Assembly (NCBI RefSeq): GCF_006345805.1
Contig: NW_021836165.1
Span: forward strand, 2,357 to 66,356
Direction: 5' to 3'
Source: Octopus sinensis
Lineage: Eukaryota
DNA: 64,000 nt
Under the pieces are notes generated by a model, which was given only the letters and a program-made list of their open reading frames with translations, ran no database searches and was not told where the DNA came from. The translations under genes were made by a program, and so were the position numbers. Shown here in pieces: positions 13,466 to 23,141 of this stretch (within the stretch, counting starts at the first letter, position 1; every line of letters starts with the position of its first letter).

Positions 13466-14377
13466 CGGCGGAAGAATTCCAGTAGGGCATCTCTGTTGTG
13501 TAGGTCCTGATCCAAGTGGGGACCTCTTTATGGCAAAGCTTTGTCACGGTGGGGTTCTGCCTTTTTATGGGGGACAGTCGAGCGGACCACTTCTGAGTTA
13601 TGGCACTCATTAGTGTTTGACTTCAAGCTTGTGAGTGTGCTGGGGGCCGGCGACGTCTGAATAAAGACATATTGGCTTCCAATGGCTTCCAATGGCGGCA
13701 TGCAATTAACACCTTGCGAATCCACGCCCTTTTCTCATAAATCCACGAACGATGCGGTCAGCAGCGCTCTTAAATCCTTTTCGCCTAGCAGCTAGGCAGA
13801 GATTGAGGACATACGCCCAAGTCATCTTTGCAGTCTCATTTCTCACGCATTAATCCAACAGGCCCTCTGCTCATGAGGATAATTATATTTTATTAGCATT
13901 AGACATTTTCCTTTTCTTTTGATTTGTATTAAGCGGTTCTAACTTAACCAACAGCTGATAAAGAATAATATTAAACCCGTTTGAATGCCACAGGCTTCGT
14001 CAGTCATTTCTCAAGACTGAATTGTTGAGGAAACTTATTTTCTGATTCCTCCCTGTCTATACTAAACAGTTTTAGGCTAAAGAACTGGAGGTTCCTGTTG
14101 CGATTAAAAGCTGCAAAGGAAGCGAGAAGTGCCATGGTTGAAACTTGTTATTTTGCCAAAAAAAGTTGCTAATTATTTATTTTTCTTAATAAACATGAAC
14201 CTTATTAGTTTTAATTATGTCGCGAGCGCATTGAGCGATCTATCAATGTCAATGATTTTCAAAAATAAAAATAATCTATTACATCAAAGTTAACTAAGGT
14301 CAATTATTGACAATTAATAAATGATAATTAACCATTATTTAAGTCGTCTTGAATTTTTTTAGTCGCCTTGAATGAAC

Positions 14378-15703
14378 TTACTTAATCGACCCAGCACTAT
14401 CTGTGACTTTGACAAAATTGTTAGACAATTTCTTGACAATAGTTACTGGATCCCCATACGGATGTTCAAATTTTTTTAATCGAAGGGAGAGATTCGTCCC
14501 ATAATCTTTTTGCACACGGACCTTTAAGTGATTAAAAATAAAATACAATATCTCCAACATCTAACTCATATTTTGATCGATGGATTCCCATCTTCCTATT
14601 CATTCTTCTATAATATGAAGACTGCAAATTCATCCTCTCAAAATTAAACTGGTACTCATCATCTTTACTAATAAATTAAAATAAAAAACCTTTATTATAA
14701 ATGTCGGAATTTTCTACAACTTCCAATTCTTCCATATCAAAACTTTTTGAATTTTCCTGATTCAACAACAGTGTTGAATCCAGGAATACCACGATATCTT
14801 TGGAATGGACTAACGCCTAGAAAATAAAAAATGCAATTTACATGTGGATGAATAAGCTCTCTGATTGTACAAAAACACAGCTTTTCAAATGTGTTTTATC
14901 CACTCTTTTTTATCATCCGAAGCCATCAATTTGGATAAACTCCTTGTGATTGTCTGATTAAATCTTTTAACTATCCCCTGACTCTGGGAATTGTTGGGTT
15001 CTCCATGAATTTGAACAATTTTGTACATTTGACAGAGTTTTCTTATATGATCATTTCTGAATTCCGCACCATTGTCTGATTGCAAGTATTTACAAAACCC
15101 GTGATCCAGAAAAATTTCTTTCAATTTATTGGCAACTTCTCTTCCACTTTTGTTCAGTAGGTTCCTGATGAATGCATATCTCGAATGGAAGTCAATCACA
15201 GTCAACAACTAAGAATATTGATCATTGTCATTTTCAAACCTTGAGAATAACACAATTTTATACCTTTTTAGGTCAATCATATTAATCTGAAATCTCTCAT
15301 TCGATACATCCGCAAAAATATGACTTACGTCGTCATATTGTTTCAGCGGTACTGCAGACTGGCATATATCACAGTCTCTTACCACCTGACGAATAACATC
15401 TCTTTTAACAAAACAAAATCGTTTTCCACACAATTCTTCTAGTGCATTGTGTCCACAATGGTTAGCGTCGTCGATCTCTTCTGGAATTGTCCGCATCTCC
15501 TGTGTGTTGGGTGAGGCAATAACAAGTTTGTGATTAGATAAAGAATCTTAAAGATAGAACTTTCCGTCGATTAAAACGAATTTTTCCGCCTTCTTTTTTA
15601 GTTTGTACTTCCAAGAAGCTGAGATGTTCAGGTCTTATCCTTCGAGGATAGATTTTATAATGTTGTACTCTTCATTATTTTTTATGAAAACTTTGTTAGG
15701 CAT
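14378..15703 (-). mobile_element. stand-alone retroviral-type integrase (Ginger/GIN-like DNA transposon), intron-containing, decayed
   Basis: ATG 15703; HHCC region NHCG..CDIC; core IDLK/LTVIDFHSRYA/LQSDNGAEF/SQGIVKRFNQT; micro-introns 15240-15263 and 14817-14841; in-frame stops; no RT or gag nearby. Confidence 0.75.
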
Positions 15704-16331
15704 CAGAACAACGTGATTAGTAAAATAGTTTAGTGAGTTTATCGTCAAAAAGTATGTTAGGCCAGCAAAAATTTGTGTAAATCCTAAATAAAAGTAAAAA
15801 CGCATAATAATTATTACCTAAGATTAATCTCTATAAATAAAAATAATGATATTATATAAAAATACCAAAATTATTTCGAAACTTAAATTTATCATGACAG
15901 ATGTTGGCAGCTGTTGACACATTCTGAGTGGAGTGTGCTGTCCCGAATCTGCACTTTACCACCAAGGGGGACCTGTAAAAGTCGGATCCTCCGTTGTATC
16001 GTATGTAATAGTGTCCGGGTTGTTGATGTTTTCATGCGATAAATCAGATTTATCAGCTCGGACAGTATCAACAACCCGGATGCAATGACATAGGACATTA
16101 ATTATTAATTATGCTATTATATAACTACAAAAAATTGCCATTCCATCTTATCCTCTGCTGCTAATTAAATACTAAATAACAGATTCCTCAAGAATATTTT
16201 GTATTTTTAATACTACAAAAAATCATATCGGAAAAAAGATAAATTATACAAATCGTCATTGGAAATGATTAATTAGTTATTAATTTTAATAAAATCCGTT
16301 TTTTAAGGTTTAAATAAAGAAGCGTGAAAGT

Positions 16332-18520
16332 ATGCGGATAGTGAGACTAACTAAAAAAATTCTCAGTTTTATACAAAATATCAAAAAAGAAAATTCAGAA
16401 ATTGGATTTCCAGATAGCATGATTCGCCTCCACAGGTTCAGAATCAAAAAACTATCTGAATCTTTTACATTCGAAAATGGAGTTGTATTCTACAATAGAA
16501 CTGGTCTAAAATTGCGTTTTTTTCGCAAGGATGAATGGATCTCCTCTTTTCGACCTATCTCTTTGATCTCAGTGGTTTCAAAAATAACAGAGCGAGTTGT
16601 ATTGAGCATCATAAACCTTTCCTCCCACTTGCTGAATCTCAACATGGCTTTCGTTCTTTGCATTCCACTTCCCCCATCTTTCAAACTGACACAATTCATT
16701 GCGGATGGGTTTAACAATTATAAGCCACCTCAAAGAACAATTATTGCATCCATCGACATTGAAAAGGCATTTGACAGAACGTCAAGACACGTTCTGTGTA
16801 GGAAAATAACCGATACGGAATTCCCCCACCAAATAAAGTCATGGCTACTCTCTTTTCTCTCTGGGCGTCTTGGTCGCACCACAATCATGTCTTCTTACTC
16901 ACGCTACAAATACTTGCCTAACGGAGTTCCCCAAGGCTCGGTCCTTTCACCTGCCTTATTTAACTTACATCTGTCAAATATCCCGACGAACAATAATACT
17001 CTACTTCTCTCCTACGCTGATGACTTAATTTTTGCCTCCCGCCACCAAAACATAATCACCGCTTCTGGATTTCTGCAGGAACACATGAACACTCTTTCGT
17101 CCTGGCTGAAATGCAATCTTCTTCAACCTTCTCCTTCCAAATCATCTGTTACGCTATTCACAACTGACCGCCGTCAGTTCAACTTAGAGCCTAAACTATT
17201 TCTAGACAACACTCCACTCCCAGTTGAAAAATCCCCCAAAATCTTGGGTCTGATATTTGATTGCTGTTTGTCCTTCTCGAAACATGTTTCATATATCTGT
17301 GGAAAATCCCAGAAAAAACTCAATGTGCTTCGAGCTATTGCGGGGACTTCATTTGGGCAGGATAAGGAAAGTCTAACAACTGTATACAAGCAGTTTATTA
17401 GAACAACTATGAACTACGCCATCCCTGCTTGGGGTTCCTGCTTATCTAATACAAACTTGAAAACTTCAGAGAACTCAAAACTCAGCATTACGAATTATTA
17501 CCGGCTGTCTAAAAACGACACCTACCGACCACCTACATTGGGAATCGAAAATCCTTCCAATCAGTGACCATTTTGAAATGCTCGGGCTGCAATTTCTTGA
17601 CAAATGCCGAACCCTAAATCACCCTGGCTACTTCCTCTGGCACTCCACTAACAACAGGAGAATAGTTCCGACCCTCGCGGACAAAGTCCGCAAGCTTATA
17701 CGATCCCCTCCGGACATTAACCAGAAGGGGATTCACGACCTGGTGGCTATGAGGGCAATCAGATGTCTTGGAATAAACAAGCTTCTGGGACGCCTTCCGC
17801 CGCCAATTAATAAGATCGAATCCTCCCTCTCAAGAGAAGCCCGAGTGAACTTGGCTCGTCTCCGCTGTGGCCACCATACTGGCCTACACGATTATCGCAT
17901 AAAAATCGGTCTTGGTGAAATAACCCCTTCCTATTCCTCAACGACCTTTTCTCCTGTCCAGGCCCGCCTTCTACTTCCTCGGAACACCGGATCACGATCG
18001 GGATCTTTGGGAGCGTCCGACATTGGCCCTAACGTTCTTGTTAGCCACCGGCTTCCTTCAATTGAAGGGGCCGGGGGTAAATAATAAAATAAATAAATAA
18101 ATTGAAGTAGAATCTTGCAACCTTCATAATTTGGAACAGAATTTTGCAACCTTTGAGGTTGTATTTTAATTATTTTCTTAATTAGATTTAACCAAAGTAT
18201 AAAGCGACGGATCTCATCTACTAACGCCATAAATGGATTTTTTGGAAGATACGTTGCATGTATTAAGAATATTGTTTTCAACTACAACAATACAGTGCAC
18301 TCGACTACGAAGAAAGTTCATTTTTATCTATTTATGGGAATGGAAAATCCTGTGAATATTGAAAATGACACAATGGAAAGCCTCCTTTCATATGATGACG
18401 ACCTCAATGAGGCCCGCAAAGAAGCATACATGAATATAATAAATGCTGTATAAAAAATGGTGCAACGAAGAAAGTGGAGATTTGACGAGGGTTCCATTGA
18501 AATTGGAGCCCAGGTACTAT
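16332..18520 (+). mobile_element. second Ginger-like integrase split by a LINE insertion (N-term 16332-16536; core and C-term 18104-18520)
   Basis: N-term RIKKLSESFTFENGVVFY parallels KLKKKAEKFVLIDGKFY of the 15703 element. After the LINE: ILQ...GTEFCN, RFNQSIKR, YNNTVHSTTK. Confidence 0.6.
16537..18100 (+). mobile_element. 5'-truncated Jockey/I-like LINE (RT and C-terminus)
   Basis: FRPISLISVVSKITER, DIEKAFD, GVPQGSVLSPALFN, SYADD, PKILGLIFD, LARLRCGHH; (TAAA)n tail at ~18080-18100. Confidence 0.9.
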
Positions 18521-18527
18521 TAAGGTT

Positions 18528-18609
18528 GAAATTCAAATATTTGTTTGAATTTTTTTCAAAGTCCGAAGGTGTAGCCACCTAGGCTCGGTAACACCCTAGG
18601 CCTGTGACA
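18528..18609 (-). mobile_element. third, partial copy of the 12121-12318 LTR family
   Basis: AAGTCCGAA...CCACCTAGGCTCGGTA...CCTGTGACA matches 12269-12318; flank differs. Confidence 0.7.
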
Positions 18610-18789
18610 TAATATGACTCATCGAACGATTTCTGCAAGTATAGGAGTCCCAAAATAACTGTATCAGATGTGATTCAGAAATTCAAAAAACTGGATCAAA
18701 TAAATAACAGACAACTGGATGAAAAAAAATATTGACAGAGGAAGAAATTGTATATAAAATTATTGCAACTGTAATAAACAGGTGGAATG

Positions 18790-19420
18790 TGCATCTACAC
18801 TACAACAAATTTGATATAGGAGAGGTTAAGCTATAGAAGGGCATATTACAGGGTGACAGTATGTCTCCGCTGCTGTTCATCTTCTGCCTAAAACCGCTGA
18901 GTAGAGTCCTCACAGCCCAATTCGAACAAATGTCAATTGAACATGAATGAGAGTGTTTTAAGTACCAACATCTCATGTTCATAGACGACATTAAACTATT
19001 CGCTCGGTCTCCAGAGATCCTCCACTCGATGAGCAAAGCCTTGGAAGGTTTCATGAAGGTCGTGGGGTTGGAGCTCAACTACAACAAGTCGTCGACTAAC
19101 ACCCCTGTATGGGTGATTTAATCAAAGTCTTGGAGGTACACCAAGGGTATAAGTATCTTGGTGTGGTTGTGAGTCCAGCCTCATTAATCACACCCGAAAC
19201 AAGAAAGTGTGTAGTGGAGGGTGTGCGTGATAGGGCGGCAATGTTATGTAAAACTCGCCTCATGCCTTGAACGAGTACGGTATTTCATTGCTAAACTACT
19301 AGGTTGGTCTGATCGAAATCGAGACGAGTGAGTACGATGAAATGGAGCTTATTGTCCTAAGAGTACTCCGAGAGAATCACGTCCACGTGTTAGCAAGCAA
19401 TAAGGAGAGATTATACTTGG
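18790..19420 (+). mobile_element. R4/Dong-like retrotransposon RT fragment
   Basis: GILQGDSMSPLLFIFCLKPLSRVL, HLMFIDDIKLF, VGLELNYNKS, YKYLG, SNKERLYL. Confidence 0.8.
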
Positions 19421-19714
19421 TCCCTCCATCTTCTGCTCAGCAATAAGTATGGGTTGAGGGGGAATTTACTCAGAGTTCTCAGTTAACTCCACACTCATGT
19501 AGAACCGCTGCTGGAGATGGAGGGCGACCCTTGAAGGGATGTTGCCAGTTTTCCATCATACTGGTTCAACGGGGGTAAACGGCGACTGGGCAAGTAGAGA
19601 AGTGGTATTTTTTTCATTAAAAAATATCAGATATAATGCAAATTTAATTCTCAAGATTATAAAGATCAATATTTTACTAAAATGAACAATAAAATACTAC
19701 AAAAACCAAAATAG

Positions 19715-20060
19715 ATATATAGAAATTAAGTTAATTCAAAAAATCAATATTAATGGAGATTAATTAATTGATACAATGAAAAAAAATTGCTTGCAAAATA
19801 AACTTTAGCCAAGATATTTTACAAGTAGTCAATTTAATTAATCTTCACAAAAATAAAAAACCAAAAATATTATAAAAATAAAACATCGATTGCAAGAAAT
19901 GATCAAATAAAAATTAGAAACAGAAATGCACAACAACAAAAGAGAACAGAATATGACGTGCTAAACACGTGTACAATTTATGAATTTAATTCAATAAGTT
20001 AAAAAGATTAAAAAAATAAAATATATTTAAAATTTAATATCTTCAGTTTGTTTGACATTA
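19715..20060. repeat. uninterrupted (empty-site) copy of the AT-rich repeat that hosts the Helitron
   Basis: GGAGATTAA|TTAATTGATACAATGAAAAAAAATTGCTTGCAAAATAAAC matches 21820-21868 joined to 28176-28460. Confidence 0.85.
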
Positions 20061-20274
20061 ACAAAAAATATGAATTTAACCAATTAACATCAATGATAAC
20101 GTCAGGTGTAGAAAAACATACCGACCTTTTTTCCGACAAAAAAGACAACAAAATCATATAATTATTACTTTAATTAACTATACAAAAATAGTAATAAAAA
20201 AGATTTTCTAATCAAATCCAACTGGATCTTTATATGTAATTTGTGTAAAATTCCGTAATAGATAGTTTGTGGAA

Positions 20275-21103
20275 AGACACAGCCCGCTGCTGTTCAACCT
20301 TGCGATGAGCAGCTTTCTTCCTTTCCCAATCCGCGGACAACTTTTCTCTTGTATGCAGATGACGTCCTCATTATGGATATTTCAAAAAGCCCTGCACTCT
20401 CCGAGCACCGTCTCTCCAGCTACATCGGAATGATAGAGACCTGGTGTCAGGGAAACAACTGTCCATTGCTATGGACAAGTCGGCGTACCTTGAAATTAAC
20501 TCACGGCGCAAACCGAGGCAAGAACCTAAGATTCTCAGAGGACTTCCCCGCAAAGCCATATTCGCTATCTGGGCTTGACGGTAGACGCTAACTCGGAGTA
20601 CTTACTGCACGTCACTCAGAAAAGGAAAAAGGCCGTTGCGGCCCTTCGCTTCCTGAGGGGTATGCATTTGGCCCTGACACTTTTCTGTTGTCTTCGCGCG
20701 ACGATTCTCCCAAGTCTCTTGTATGGGTTGGAGGCGTGGCACTATTCAAACCAATTCGAAAAAATTTTAAAAAAGTATGAGAAAGATCCGACGCTATGCG
20801 TTAAAGCTAGCGTACAGATTGGATCTACGCGCGCCGCTACCCAGCTGGGCAGAGGGGAATTTCCACTATCAAGAATGTCATCCTCGATTCCATCCGAATT
20901 TCGTCGGAGTCTCAGGTGTCCGATCTTTTTGTGGATCGTGTCCGAAACTCATCAGAGAGTGACTCTAATCAAAGGCCGGCTCGTATACTCTCTTAGGACG
21001 AATCTCGGTAGAGCTCGACTGTCCTTGCAGTCGTCTCGTTAACCTCGTCCAACCTTTTCACTAAGTCTCTGATTTGCTTACATAAAAACTTTCCATTCCA
21101 TTC
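20275..21103 (+). mobile_element. 5'-truncated LINE (RT C-terminal half) with (ATTCC)n tail
   Basis: SPLLFNL, LYADD, RYLGLTVD, ILPSLLYGLEAW; ends AAAAACTTTCCATTCCATTC. Confidence 0.8.
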
Positions 21104-21292
21104 TGTATCATGTACCAAAAAAAACATTTATATAATAAAAAAGTATCATTCCAAATTTTGTTGAGTAATCCAAAAATATCATTCCGAAATTTTTGTAGTT
21201 GACGGGATGTCCCTTTTCCCATTTGAGAGCGGCCTGCTGAGATACATTCTCTGCTTCACATCTAACCTCGTGTTTGTCTGGAAGCTAAATCA

Positions 21293-21511
21293 GTTCGACT
21301 CCCTCGAGCAACCATCTTGTTGTATAGACGTCAAAAATATTTCTGTACCAGTCTTTTGTTATTTACATAAAAAATTCTGTTCTGTTATTTGTCATTTTAT
21401 AATATTTATGTTGACAAATAGATTTGAAATAGAATTCAAATTATTTTTTTGAATTTTCTTCAAGTCAGAAAAGTATAACCACCTAAGTCGGTACACCCAA
21501 GGCCTGTGACA
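21293..21511 (-). mobile_element. LTR (21318-21511) plus PBS (21293-21314), second copy
   Basis: Same TGTCACA...TACAACA termini and identical TGGTTGCTCGAGGGAGTCGAAC. Confidence 0.7.
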
Positions 21512-21959
21512 TAATAATTTATAAAAATAAATAACAATAATTAAATTCGTGTTCAGTTTAAAAAAAAGTCTAAAAAATATAACAATAATGATTAAAATTT
21601 GGTAGAAATTGATCATTTAGATTTTAGGGCACTAAAATACAAGATCGCCAATTCCGGGAACAAATAAATAAAAGTTTGCCATAAGAATATAAAGAATAGA
21701 ACTTTCTATCAAAAAATAAGGTGAAATTCAATGAATAAAGATAAATGAGAAGATTCAAAGAAGCGATTAAACAGATTGAAAGAATAAACTAACAAGATTA
21801 GAAACTGACAGGATTGAAAGAATATATAGAAATAAGTTAATTCAAAAAATCATATTAATGAAGATTAATCTATATAATAAAACACTAAGTTGTGTGTCTG
21901 TCTGTCTGTCTGTCCGTGTACACTTATATATCTAAAAAAGGAAATGTGTAAGATAAAGA

Positions 21960-23005
21960 AGATGAATTCAAACTCTTCAAAGAGATCGGTCCCTTAGGAA
22001 CATGAAATCAATAAAGAGGTTAAATATGATGAGATAATGAAGGTGATTCGACCTCTTCACGAGATCGGTCCCTTAGGAACATGAAATCAATAAAGAGCTT
22101 AAAAAAGATATTCATGAGATAATGAAGGTGATTTGACCTCATGATGAGGTCCCCCAAAACCTTCAAGCCAAAAATTAAAAAAAAATTATTTTCTGCGTTT
22201 TTTTGTTAAAATGAACAACAAGAAAGTCCTCGACTCACATGATGAGGTCCCCCAAAACCTTCAGCCAAAAAATTAAAAAAAATTATTTTCAGGTGATTCG
22301 ACCTCTTCACGAGATCGGTCCCTTAGGAACATTAAATCAATAAAGAGCTAAATAGGATATCATGAGATAATGAAGGTGATTCGACCTCTTCACGAGATCG
22401 GTCCCTTAGGAACATTAAATCATAAAAAGCTTAAATAGGATATTCATGAGATAATGAAGGTGATTCGACCTCTTCACGAGATCGGTCCCTTAGGAACATT
22501 AAATCAATAAAGAGCTAAATAGGATATTTCATGAGATAATGAAGGTGATTCGACCTCTTCACGAGATCGGTCCTTAGGAACATTAAATCAATAAAGAGCT
22601 TAAATAGGATATTTCATGAGATAATGAAGGTGATTCGACCTCTTCACGAGATCGGTCCCTTAGGAACATTAATCAATAAAGAGCTTAAATAGGATATTTC
22701 ATGAGATAATGAGGTGATTCGACCTCATAGAGGTCCCCCAAAACCTTCAAGTCAAAAAATAAAAAAAATTATTTTCTGCGTTTTTGTTAAAATGAACAAA
22801 AGAAAGTCCTCGACTCACATGATGAGGTCCCCCAAAACCTTCAGCCAAAAAATTAAAAAAAATTATTTTCAGGTGATTCGACCTTTCCACGAGATCGGTC
22901 CCTTAGGAACATTAAATCAATAAAGAGCTTAAATAGGATATTCATGAGATAATGAAGGTGATTCGACCTCTTCACGAGATCGGTCCCTTAGGAACATTAA
23001 ATCAA
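21960..23005 (+). repeat. higher-order tandem array (~85-bp unit A interspersed with a two-part unit B) in the Helitron 5' region
   Basis: Unit A GAGATAATGAAGGTGATTCGACCTCTTCACGAGATCGGTCCCTTAGGAACATTAAATC... starts at 22364, 22448, 22533, 22618 and 22703. Unit B ATGATGAGGTCCCCCAAAACCTTCA blocks lie at ~22135-22290 and ~22720-22870. Confidence 0.95.
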
Positions 23006-23141
23006 TATTTGGAAATTATAAATGAGCATAAAATAACTAATACTAGCTTACTAAATTTTGCAATATGCGCTAATAGTATGGAATTAGAAAGCTTGCACCA
23101 AAGCCATAAAAACAAATATCAAAAAATTTCTGAGAACAGGA

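Noticed and set aside
18558-18609. HDV-like ribozyme pseudoknot (CCGA/TCGG, GGTGT/ACACC, GCC/GGC)
   Set aside because: No P1.1/P4 or catalytic C segment, pairings are not kept in the other two copies, and it is better explained as an LTR terminus.
22136-22265. Hammerhead ribozyme or C/D snoRNA (ATGATGAG...AAAAC)
   Set aside because: The core would need CUGAnGA and GAAA, but here it is AUGAUGA and AAAA; no box D CTGA follows.
21960-23005. CRISPR-like array
   Set aside because: No unique spacers, no cas genes, eukaryotic context; it is a tandem array inside a Helitron.
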